NCBI GenBank assembly: GCA_963675295.2
Contig: CAXXKJ010000002.1
Span: forward strand, 1,696,001 to 1,760,000
DNA from: a bacterium
Lineage (GTDB): Bacteria > Electryoneota > Electryoneia > Electryoneales > Electryoneaceae
DNA: 64,000 nt
Direction: 5' to 3'
Shown here: positions 9,149-17,990 of the stretch, piece by piece
Numbering within the stretch: the first letter of the stretch is position 1
How the letters are laid out: the number at the start of each line of letters is the position of its first letter
The notes under the pieces: generated by a model
The model's input: the letters and a program-made list of their open reading frames with translations, nothing else
The model's database searches: none
Told to the model about the DNA's origin: nothing
Program-made: the position numbers and the translations under genes

Positions 9149-10963
9149 GTGAAATCACGAGCCATCGTACTCACACTGTTGTTGGTCGCGGTCAGTCTGG
9201 CTGCCAATCCGATCCTCAGTGTCAGCCTTGCCCAGATCGGTGATTTGATCTGGACGGAGGACTTTAACAATCTCGACAACTGGATTGTTGCCACCGGAAA
9301 CGGGGCGTGGGGCTGGGGTAACGGCGAGCTGCAATTCTACCACGCAGACAACGTGTCCATCGTCGAGATTCCGGATGATCCGGGCAACACCGCACTGAAG
9401 ATCCTCGCCCGCGAGCAGAGCGGTCCCGGCATTGTCGACCAGTGGGGCAACCCGTTGAATCATACGTCTGGCCGGGTATCCTCCCAGTCGCTGGTATCGG
9501 TGAAGTATGGTGTGATCGAAGTGCGTGTCCGTGTGCCGGACCTGGACCTCGGCGGCTGGCCGGCGATCTGGATGCTGGGCACGTCCAACTACAACTGGCC
9601 TCGACGTGGCGAACTGGACATTATGGAGATGGGGTCAACGCAGGCGTTCCGTGATCTGCACGACGAACACAACGGCGGCAACGGACAGAACAATTCCACG
9701 GTCAACCAGGTTGTCAGCGCGAACGCGATCTTCTATTCGGCCGACGCGGTCACTCCGGACAACCCGAGCGGCGCGGCGAGCTTGTCGTGGGACCCGGAGG
9801 ATGTCAGCTGCCGGCCGTATTACAACTATGACGATCCATTCACCGATCGGTTCCTAACCTACCGGCTGTACTGGGACGAGAACAGCCTGCGCTACACGGT
9901 GATCGACGGCGAGGACGAGTTTGACCTCTACGCCGAGCCGTTCGCGATTGACAGCGTTTCGGCGGAGTTTCAGGAACCGTTCTTCTTCACGATCAACCTG
10001 GCGATTGGCGGGGTGTTTACGGACGTGTTCAACCTCGGCGATCCGGGGTCTGGTGAACCGGTGTCGATGCCGTTTCCGGCGGAGATGTACGTCGATTACA
10101 TCAAGGTGTACGAGTGGAACGGGCAGGGCGCGGTTCAGCTTGGCCCGCCGGTGAACCAGGGCGGCACGTTTGGCATTTTCACCGACCTGACGCCGGCCGA
10201 CGGCGCGTTGACGGTGGGCGATGACGCTGAGATCTATGTCTGGGAAGGCACGTTGTCGGAGGGCAGCATCCCGCCGTACGAGGGCGACAACGGGATCTCG
10301 TGGGTCACGAACGGGCTCGGCTGGTTCGGAGCGGGGATCATGTCGGTGCAACCGGTGAACCTGTTTTCGTTCGGGGATGGCCACCTCAAGTTCATGATCA
10401 ACATCCCGCCGGAGGTAACGTTCAAGATCGGCATCATCGACGCGTGGGGGAACCAGTCGTACGTCACCTTCCCCGCACATCAGACAACGTACGGGCTGGT
10501 CCGTGACGGTCAATGGGGCCAGGCCGCGATCCCGGTCAGCGACATCCGTGGCGAATTCATCGACTTACGGATGTTGAGTTACGAGTTTGTCATCCTTGAG
10601 GAGAATGGGGTGGCCTGCGAGTTCGCGCTCGATGACATCTACTGGGACGGTGGCGGCGAGGTGCATGTTGTCGAAACAGACCATGGTTCGGCGCTGCCCA
10701 CGTTCCAGCTGCATCCGGCCTACCCGAACCCGTTCAACGCGACGACGCAGGTGACGGTGGATCTTTCCGTGCCGGCACAGCTGAAGCTGTACGTGTACAA
10801 CACGGCCGGGCGGCAGGTCGCCGTGCTTGCCGATGGGGTATTCTCCGCGGGGCAGCACAGCCTGGCGTTCAAGGGGTCCGATCTGGCGAGCGGGTTCTAC
10901 TTTATCCAGGCGACAGTACAAGGTCAGCTCAGTCAGGTGCGGAAGATTGCGTTGATTCGCTAG
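9149..10963 (+). CDS. GH16 beta-1,3-glucanase/laminarinase-like protein with T9SS CTD
   Basis: WPAIWMLG...WPRRGELDIME catalytic motif; GWGNGELQFY; C-terminal AYPNPFN. Confidence 0.85.
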   Translation: MKSRAIVLTLLLVAVSLAANPILSVSLAQIGDLIWTEDFNNLDNWIVATGNGAWGWGNGELQFYHADNVSIVEIPDDPGNTALKILAREQSGPGIVDQWGNPLNHTSGRVSSQSLVSVKYGVIEVRVRVPDLDLGGWPAIWMLGTSNYNWPRRGELDIMEMGSTQAFRDLHDEHNGGNGQNNSTVNQVVSANAIFYSADAVTPDNPSGAASLSWDPEDVSCRPYYNYDDPFTDRFLTYRLYWDENSLRYTVIDGEDEFDLYAEPFAIDSVSAEFQEPFFFTINLAIGGVFTDVFNLGDPGSGEPVSMPFPAEMYVDYIKVYEWNGQGAVQLGPPVNQGGTFGIFTDLTPADGALTVGDDAEIYVWEGTLSEGSIPPYEGDNGISWVTNGLGWFGAGIMSVQPVNLFSFGDGHLKFMINIPPEVTFKIGIIDAWGNQSYVTFPAHQTTYGLVRDGQWGQAAIPVSDIRGEFIDLRMLSYEFVILEENGVACEFALDDIYWDGGGEVHVVETDHGSALPTFQLHPAYPNPFNATTQVTVDLSVPAQLKLYVYNTAGRQVAVLADGVFSAGQHSLAFKGSDLASGFYFIQATVQGQLSQVRKIALIR

Positions 10964-11000
10964 CTTCTTGGCAGTAGTTCGGCAGCATTGAACAGCGAAA

Positions 11001-11028
11001 GATAACCCGTCAGATTGGCGGGTTATTC
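11001..11028 (+). terminator. Hairpin after GH16 gene
   Basis: ATAACCCGTCA-GAT-TGGCGGGTTAT. Confidence 0.55.
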
Positions 11029-11374
11029 ATCTCATGTATGGGTAGCTTTGCATACTTAGGAGAGCCAAATGGACTCCAAACCTGTGGCACAACAGATCGA
11101 TTTGATGGATTACAGCGCCGGAACTGGTTTCATAGCTTCTGGATCGCACTAAACAGACGCTGTGGTTGTCGCTAAAGATACAGTCACTTTCACAACATGG
11201 AGATCAACTGAATTTTTCTGGAATCAAATACTTTCAATGGTTTACCCCATTGTTGCATTCTATATTCCACCTAATTGGAAACGTGTGATGTTCATTGAGT
11301 ACCAATCGTTTTTCCTCATCGAAAGGGTTCATGTTCGCATGAACCGGGGTCCACATGCACTGAAGGGAGGAAGT

Positions 11375-13231
11375 ATGAAAGGCGTTCTCACATTCTTGTT
11401 GATCCTCGCAGTTCCGCTGCTGGCCGTTGCCACTCCGTATACTCAGATCGGCTACGAAACCTACGAGACACCGAATTGGGTCGAGAACTATGTCGACTGG
11501 ACGCGTACGTCCGATGGTGGCGTGGCGGCATTGTACTACGCCTATGAGTGGAACTCGTACTACTATCCCGGCATCTTCGGCTTCCAGCTGTTCAATGCCA
11601 CTGGTGAAATGCGGTTGGAATGGACGGATGATTTCGTTGGGTCTGACGATTGGCCGGACGCGATCTGTGAAATGCAGGATGGTTCATTCGCCATGTTTTT
11701 CTGTGAATGGAGCACGGAAAGCGTGGACGTTCGCCTGGTAGATCCGACAGGGAACGAGCTCGATCCGATGACGATCGATCTGGGCTTCGCGCCGCGTGAC
11801 CTGCATGTCTATCCGATCCCATTGGCCGCGGGTGGCGGGTTGATGCTGGCGGTGAACCCCTCGGTTGGTGATTACTGGCACTTGGTGCGTGTCTCCAGCG
11901 ACTTTAATGTGGTGTACGATGTGTCCACCGCGTTAGACGATGGCAAACGTCTGATCATGCACCTGCTGGGTGACGGCGTGCTCGGCATGTTCGGCTACAA
12001 CGATGGCCCGTGCCTGTACAAGGCGAACTTCGCGGATGGCTCGCCGGTCGGGTTCAACCGTTTCGCGGCGGCTGACTACAGCAACATCCATCTCGCGGAA
12101 CGGCTGACACCCTCTCTGTTCGCCATGGTGTATTCCAGCAACAGCGTAAACTTTATCCTCAAGCTGGTGCGGGCAAACGGCAACCCGGTCGCGACACTCG
12201 AGCTGAACGGTATCGACGATGTCGCCGGAGTCTTCCTGAATGGCGAAGGGGGCGTGTTTGTGCTGGGTGACCAGCGTACAGATCCGGCACTTACCTGGGC
12301 GACCGTTCTCCAGTCGTACGACAACCAGGGAACCAGGTTGTGGACGCAGTATGTCGACCTCGGTCTTGAGCTGCCGAACCAGGAGCAGTGGTCGAACAGT
12401 GTCCGGCCGCTGGATGCGTGGAAGCTCCCGAACGGGCAGCTCCTGGTGGCAGAGTTGCGTGAATACCTGCCGCCGGATCCGGCAATGGTCTGGCCGATGG
12501 AACGGGACATCGCCTTCCACCGAATGGGTGTCGACAACGATCTGTCCGCTGTCATTGACCTGCAACTGCAGAGCGAAAGGGCGAGTGGATCTCGTGGGCA
12601 GGTCAGAGAAATCCCACTGAAGATCTGGCATCAGTCGGACTCTCCAGTCAATGTGGACGTCTGGTTTGACTGGTCGTGGACGATGGAAGATCCAAACGAT
12701 CCGTACGCCCTCCCATGGTATGTGCACAACACCGAACCCGCGCAGAGTGTGACACTGCTTCCTGGCGAAGTGTATTACGATCCGGAATTCGAGTACGTCA
12801 TCCCGGACCTTCCGGATAACGCCAGGTACAACGATGTGGCGATTCGTTACAACGTCGGGCACTATCCGGATGTGATCTGGTCGTCTGACTATTTCACGTC
12901 ATACATCTCGGGGAATGAACCCGCCGGGAACACGGAGGCCGCCGTTCACGCCAACGAGCTGCCGGACGCGTACGAACTGGCGTCGGTGTACCCGAACCCG
13001 TTCAATCCGACGACGACTGTCGGCGTGACGCTGCCTCAGACGGCGGAGCTGTCGGTCACGGTACATGACGTGCTCGGTCGTCAGGTCGCGCAGTTGGCGC
13101 AAGGCCAGTTTCGTGCCGGTGCGCACCGGTTCGTGTTTGACGGGTCGAATCTCGCGAGCGGCGTGTATTTTGTCCATGCGACGGTGCCTGGTGAGCTGAA
13201 CGCGGTGCAGAAAATGGTGCTGATGAAGTAA
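11375..13231 (+). CDS. Secreted hypothetical protein with T9SS CTD
   Basis: ATG 11375 after GGGAGG; signal peptide MKGVLTFLLILAVPLLAVA; C-terminal VYPNPFNPTT...LASGVYFV...KMVLMK. Confidence 0.8.
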   Translation: MKGVLTFLLILAVPLLAVATPYTQIGYETYETPNWVENYVDWTRTSDGGVAALYYAYEWNSYYYPGIFGFQLFNATGEMRLEWTDDFVGSDDWPDAICEMQDGSFAMFFCEWSTESVDVRLVDPTGNELDPMTIDLGFAPRDLHVYPIPLAAGGGLMLAVNPSVGDYWHLVRVSSDFNVVYDVSTALDDGKRLIMHLLGDGVLGMFGYNDGPCLYKANFADGSPVGFNRFAAADYSNIHLAERLTPSLFAMVYSSNSVNFILKLVRANGNPVATLELNGIDDVAGVFLNGEGGVFVLGDQRTDPALTWATVLQSYDNQGTRLWTQYVDLGLELPNQEQWSNSVRPLDAWKLPNGQLLVAELREYLPPDPAMVWPMERDIAFHRMGVDNDLSAVIDLQLQSERASGSRGQVREIPLKIWHQSDSPVNVDVWFDWSWTMEDPNDPYALPWYVHNTEPAQSVTLLPGEVYYDPEFEYVIPDLPDNARYNDVAIRYNVGHYPDVIWSSDYFTSYISGNEPAGNTEAAVHANELPDAYELASVYPNPFNPTTTVGVTLPQTAELSVTVHDVLGRQVAQLAQGQFRAGAHRFVFDGSNLASGVYFVHATVPGELNAVQKMVLMK

Positions 13232-13249
13232 GCGTGTGCAGATTCAGAC

Positions 13250-13286
13250 AATCCCGCTGCGAGGTTATTTCGTGGCGGGATTTTTT
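13250..13286 (+). terminator. Rho-independent terminator
   Basis: AATCCCGCTGCGAGG-TTA-TTTCGTGGCGGGATT followed by a T-run. Confidence 0.7.
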
Positions 13287-13482
13287 GTGTCGTCTCTGAT
13301 GCAATTGAAGGGAAGATAGGTGAAAAAGCGAATACAACCAGAGTTGGTGCTGTAGTACACAATGCAATTATCGAGTATCAAGTTGCAACGAGTTCACTAG
13401 TTCTGTTGCATGAATGTGACCTGCATCCTTGTGTGACTCGATTTCTGCTCCGTACCTTAAATGAAACCCAGCGGAGTTCGTT

Positions 13483-14700
13483 ATGGACACCACCTTTTTT
13501 GCGCCGGCAGAGGTCTACGGCGACGCCGAACTGCGCCATCAGCGTGAGTTAATCCGTTCGGTGCCGATGCTGGAAATCTTACTCAACTCCGTTCATGTCA
13601 GCGTTCTGGTGCTCAACAATCTCCGTCAGATCGTGTACTACAACAAGGTTTTCTACGATCTCGTGCACGCTCTTGGCACAGACGAAGTGTATGGCAGACG
13701 GCCTGGCGACGTTTTTCGTTGTATCCACGCGAAGGAGCTGCCGAGCGGTTGCGGCACGACCGAATTCTGCCGCACCTGCGGCGCGGTAAAGGCCATCCTC
13801 GATTCGCAGAAGGGGGCTAGCCGCCAGGAAGAATGCCGTATCATGACGCAGAAAGACGTCGAGGTCAACGCGTTGGACGTGCGCGTCTGGTCAACGCCGT
13901 TTGAATACCAGGACGTTCCATTTACCATCCTCTCGCTGGTCGATATCAGCAACGAGAAACGCCGGACCGCGCTGGAACACATCTTCTTCCACGACATCAT
14001 GAACGCTGCAACGAGTGTTCTCGGTTACGCCTCGATGATGCGGTTCGATGAAGAAGCGAACCCGGAGAATCTCGGTGTGCTCGAGGAGAGTGTGTCGCTG
14101 CTCATCGACGACATCGCGGCGCAACGGGATCTCAAGTACGCCGAACAGGGCGAGTTGCAGGTCGATGTAAAGCAGCACAATAGCGGTACGATTCTGGATA
14201 GTCTCTTCACCCGTTTCCGGCATCAGTTCAACGCTGAGGGACGCGAGCTGCAGCTGGACAGCAAGATTGACCGAGTCGAATTTGAGACTGATTTTAGTTT
14301 GCTGAACCGTGTGCTCGGCAACATGGTGAAAAATGCGTTCGAAGCAACGGCGAAGGGGCAGGCTGTGCGTGTGGGCTGCCGTAAATACCGGAACCACCTG
14401 GAGTTCTGGGTGAACAATCCAACAGCGATACCTCGCAACCATCAGCTGCAAGTGTTCAATCGATCCTTCTCAACCAAGGGGAACGGGCGCGGGTTGGGCA
14501 CGTACAGCATGCGTCTGCTGACGGAAAACTACCTCAACGGCCGCCTCAGTTTCGTCACCTCGAAAGAACAGGGCACGACCTTTTCCGCGTACCTGCCGAT
14601 CCGCTTCGCCGACCACAGCAACGGATGGCGGGACGGGATTCCGACGTATCCGATAGGCGACCGTAGCGTGGCGGGACACGAAATACCCCGCAGCGGATAG
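13483..14700 (+). CDS. Cytoplasmic sensor histidine kinase with Cys-rich PAS-like input domain
   Basis: H-box FFHDIMN, N-box NMVKNAFEA, G-box FSTKGNGRGLG; motif CIHA..SGCGTTEFCRTC. Confidence 0.85.
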   Translation: MDTTFFAPAEVYGDAELRHQRELIRSVPMLEILLNSVHVSVLVLNNLRQIVYYNKVFYDLVHALGTDEVYGRRPGDVFRCIHAKELPSGCGTTEFCRTCGAVKAILDSQKGASRQEECRIMTQKDVEVNALDVRVWSTPFEYQDVPFTILSLVDISNEKRRTALEHIFFHDIMNAATSVLGYASMMRFDEEANPENLGVLEESVSLLIDDIAAQRDLKYAEQGELQVDVKQHNSGTILDSLFTRFRHQFNAEGRELQLDSKIDRVEFETDFSLLNRVLGNMVKNAFEATAKGQAVRVGCRKYRNHLEFWVNNPTAIPRNHQLQVFNRSFSTKGNGRGLGTYSMRLLTENYLNGRLSFVTSKEQGTTFSAYLPIRFADHSNGWRDGIPTYPIGDRSVAGHEIPRSG

Positions 14701-14736
14701 CCACGGGGTGAATTGTTGTTGTTGCGCTTTATGCGG

Positions 14737-15051
14737 TCAGTCGATATAAAACCTTTTACGGTCCAAGCCAAGCGCGTCCAGAATTTCTTCCGCGGTACAG
14801 TCGCCACAATCTGACCACACGCGGTATTTCTTCTGTTCTTCTTCCCAGATGAAATACAAGACTGTCGAGCCCGCACACTGCCCGGGTGTATAGCAGACCG
14901 GGCAACGGTTCATGCCGATGCGGTAGTCCTTTTCGTACGACCAGAATGTGTAGCCGCTTTCGATCAGCTTGCCGACGACATACTTGCAATCCTTAACGAC
15001 GTCAGCGGGTCTTCTTTCGGGCTTCTTCTTTGCTAATCTGTCGAACATCAC
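14737..15051 (-). CDS. Small stand-alone primase-type Zn-binding-domain-like protein (C)
   Basis: CPVC...DCGDCTAEEILDALGLD; start overlaps the upstream stop (GTGA). Confidence 0.65.
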   Translation of the reverse strand: MMFDRLAKKKPERRPADVVKDCKYVVGKLIESGYTFWSYEKDYRIGMNRCPVCYTPGQCAGSTVLYFIWEEEQKKYRVWSDCGDCTAEEILDALGLDRKRFYID

Positions 15052-15542
15052 CGCCTCCCGGAGCTGGGATCACGCCGGTTCAGCAGTGCTTGGCGGTCTT
15101 TCTCCTTCTGGCGCTGCTGCGCACTACGCTCCTTATCGTAGTTCCGATCCAGCATCATCAGGTAAAGATCAGCCATCTTGAAGTCTTCATCCGTCATTTT
15201 GCTGCGTTCCTGCCAGTATGCCTGCTGGTCGAATTCCGCATGCAACAGGTTTTCGTTGTAGCCCAGGCACTCGCAGAAGTCGGATTCGGTCAGACCGCAG
15301 GGCACGCGCCCGTAGCGTTGCAGCTTGATCTTGCGCTTTTTCCAATCGTACGTAAGCCCCCAGGAGCAGTCGCGGCGATGGCGGCAGTAGTTGTTGAGGC
15401 AGAACGGGCACGACAAGGCGATGCCGCCCGCTTCGAAGTTGTGCCACCAGAGTCCGGCGTCGTTCGCCGCCTGAAGCAAGTCATTGGCGACGTTCTGGAC
15501 GACCTCGACGTCTGGCAGTTCTTTGATGAACAGCTTTTTCAT
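15048..15542 (-). CDS. Small Cys-rich protein with primase-type Zn-binding-domain-like motif and charged tail (B)
   Basis: ATG 15542 after AAAAGGA; CPFC...KIKLQ...PCGLTESDFCECLGYNENLL. Confidence 0.6.
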   Translation of the reverse strand: MKKLFIKELPDVEVVQNVANDLLQAANDAGLWWHNFEAGGIALSCPFCLNNYCRHRRDCSWGLTYDWKKRKIKLQRYGRVPCGLTESDFCECLGYNENLLHAEFDQQAYWQERSKMTDEDFKMADLYLMMLDRNYDKERSAQQRQKEKDRQALLNRRDPSSGRR

Positions 15543-15828
15543 GGCGGTTCCTTTTGTTGTTGTTGCGGTGGGATGGTAGAGGAGGGGTGAAGCCTTTGAC
15601 GTGGTTGCCATAGCAGACATTCATGTCAAGGCCCAATTCTTTGAGGATCACTGTTTCGCTACAACCGTTGAAGCACGTGAGGACTAACCTGCTATTGCCG
15701 GTATGCCACTCGCCTTCGAGTTCGTTTCCGCAGTGTGGGCACTTCGCAAAGAAGCCGTCGTACACATAATGCGGATCACAACCCATGATTGATAGCATGA
15801 CACCAATCAGCCGGATAGCATAATTCAC
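15481..15828 (-). CDS. Small stand-alone primase-type Zn-binding-domain-like protein (A)
   Basis: GTG after GGGGGG; DGFFAKCPHC...LTCFNGCSETVILKELGLD. Confidence 0.6.
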   Translation of the reverse strand: MNYAIRLIGVMLSIMGCDPHYVYDGFFAKCPHCGNELEGEWHTGNSRLVLTCFNGCSETVILKELGLDMNVCYGNHVKGFTPPLPSHRNNNKRNRHEKAVHQRTARRRGRPERRQ

Positions 15829-15947
15829 TTTATTCCCCCCATGTCAAGTAGGACAACAACAACAAGTTGTAGCTTACAGTACCTGGTGAGTAAGTACAAT
15901 ACATACAAAGAGTTATGATAAACTCTATGTATATATGTAGTTACACT

Positions 15948-17792
15948 CTAGAAGGGCACCGACTCACCCGAATTGTTGTTGTTGCTCTTCTTGTCCTGCC
16001 TTTCGGGTAGGTCGTATGTGCCCCGCGAGACGCACACGAGAAGTCCTTCGGCAGTCATGCGTTTCAGTACCCGGCTGCAGTAGGCGTACGAAATCCCGGT
16101 CGCAGCCACGATATCGGTCAGGCACATGGCCTTCTTCTCGATCCCCAGCACGTCGATGATCTTGCGCCGGGACCCTTCGACCGACGGCTGGTCTTCGTCG
16201 ATCTGACCGGTGATCTGCCATCCGGTGTGTTCAAGTGGGTCCTCTTCGTCGATCTCACGTTTGAATTCCATCCGGTGCCGGGCTTCGTCGATATCACGAC
16301 CGGTGACAAACAATTCGGCTTCGTCAGCACCGCGCTTGCGGCGCATGACAAGGATGGTATCAGCAGCACCGGAAAGACCGAAGCTGCCACTGATCTCGAC
16401 CAGTGGATCGGCTTCGTCAGTAGCCTTGCGGGTGTGGTGGACAAGGCAGATGCAGACCTTGTGCTTCAGGGCGAGGGTCTGCAATGCGGCAGCGACTTGC
16501 GTGTCGTAGTCGTACAGCGACTGCTGTTTCTCCTGTGGTTCACGCCAGCGTCCAAAGGTGTCGATCACAATCAGCTTCGGGTTGTCGGCCTGCCGCAGCC
16601 AGTAGTCCAGCTGCGAAAGGGACGGTGCCTGCGCAATAGTAAAAAAGAGTCTTTTGAGGCTTTCCCTTTCCAGATACATCCCGCCAAGCTGTTTCATCCT
16701 GTACTGGATACGGCGTTCACTGTCTTCCAGTGACACAATCAGCACCTCGCCAGGGTCGCACTTGCCGAGCCCAAGGGCCCGCTGGCCGGAAGCGACCGCC
16801 ATGCCCATCTCAAGGGCGATCCACGACTTGCCGGACTTCGGTTTGCCCGCGAAGATGCACAATCCCTCGCAGATCAGGCCGGGCACGACCCACACCGGCG
16901 GGTCCATCACCTTTGCCATCAGATCCTGACCGCAGTACGAAGAATTCGATGGTAGCAGCTGTGCTTGCGTCGTTTCCGGTACTTCCTTGGCCCGGGTCGC
17001 GACTGGCGGAAGACTGCGGGATACCTGGGACACGATTTCTTCCAATTCTTCCGGCTTGTGACCCAGTGCGAACCAGTCGGTAACATCCTTCACCCCCTTG
17101 AACGGCGGCAGACAGAGGACAAGAGCAGCAAGAGCAACAAGACTGTCTGCTACCATCTTCTGATGTTTGAGCCCGGGCTCGTCACCATCGCAGAGCACCA
17201 CCATCTTGCGGTCCTTGAAATACGAGGCATGGTTACGACCCCACTTCCCAGCGCCGCCGTGGTTGCAGGTAGCAACAAAACCGTGCTTGCGAAGGGTCTC
17301 GACGTCCTTTTCGCCTTCGACCACGTAGATGTACTGGTCCATCGGAGCACGCAGGCACTCCGGCAGGTTGTAAGGGATCGGCTTGACCTTCTTCAGGTTC
17401 CAGACCCACTGGGATTCGTCGTCCGGGTCGATACGGCGGGCGAGGAACTTCTTCCCGGGCTTCCGCACGATCTGGTACAACAGCACATTGTCTTCGGTGT
17501 AGTAGTCGTACACCGCTTCGTAGTCTTTCGACAGACCGTACCCTAGCATCTCGGGGGTGATGCCGAGGTGCGATTCGATATCGCGGCTGTCGCATCCAGC
17601 GTGGCACTTGAACTTGATCTTGCCGAACGGGGTGACATAGACAGAAAGCGACGGGTTCTTGTCGCCGCGTCCCTTGCCGTGTGTTGGCAAAGGACAACAG
17701 CAGACAAAGCCATCGCCTTTGATGTCTCCGGGGTTCAAGCCTTCCTGTTTGCACAGGGACCAGGCGTTGAACAGGTTGTCTGTCAGGTTCAT
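15948..17792 (-). CDS. Phage/plasmid primase-helicase (Zn finger, Toprim, AAA_25/RepA-like helicase, wHTH)
   Basis: CPLPTH..DKNPSLSV..KCHAGC; VVEGEKD and DGDEPG (Toprim); Walker A GKPKSGKS, Walker B LIVIDTF, VHHTRK and ISGSFGL; C-terminal HTH. RBS AAAGGAG. Confidence 0.9.
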   Translation of the reverse strand: MNLTDNLFNAWSLCKQEGLNPGDIKGDGFVCCCPLPTHGKGRGDKNPSLSVYVTPFGKIKFKCHAGCDSRDIESHLGITPEMLGYGLSKDYEAVYDYYTEDNVLLYQIVRKPGKKFLARRIDPDDESQWVWNLKKVKPIPYNLPECLRAPMDQYIYVVEGEKDVETLRKHGFVATCNHGGAGKWGRNHASYFKDRKMVVLCDGDEPGLKHQKMVADSLVALAALVLCLPPFKGVKDVTDWFALGHKPEELEEIVSQVSRSLPPVATRAKEVPETTQAQLLPSNSSYCGQDLMAKVMDPPVWVVPGLICEGLCIFAGKPKSGKSWIALEMGMAVASGQRALGLGKCDPGEVLIVSLEDSERRIQYRMKQLGGMYLERESLKRLFFTIAQAPSLSQLDYWLRQADNPKLIVIDTFGRWREPQEKQQSLYDYDTQVAAALQTLALKHKVCICLVHHTRKATDEADPLVEISGSFGLSGAADTILVMRRKRGADEAELFVTGRDIDEARHRMEFKREIDEEDPLEHTGWQITGQIDEDQPSVEGSRRKIIDVLGIEKKAMCLTDIVAATGISYAYCSRVLKRMTAEGLLVCVSRGTYDLPERQDKKSNNNNSGESVPF

Positions 17793-17990
17793 CGGTACTC
17801 CTTTGGTTGGTGGTACTGCGGAGAGTGTGAGGACGCTGGCAGGGAGCCAGCAGGGCGTACAAGATAGCGTGTTGTCTTTACGTTGTCAATACCCAACAGC
17901 GCAACAACAACAATTTGCTGTTGCCGCCACCTCCCTGCGGTCGTATTTTCCCTCACTTCTGATTGGGTCCTGGTTAACGCGGAGTAGAGG

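Larger units (their letters stand above)
14711..17915. mobile_element. 3.2-kb inverted-repeat-bounded primase-helicase element, no recombinase
   Basis: AATTGTTGTTGTTGCGCT (14711-14728) and its exact reverse complement (17898-17915) enclose four minus-strand phage/plasmid-type genes lying between two plus-strand host genes. Confidence 0.6.
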
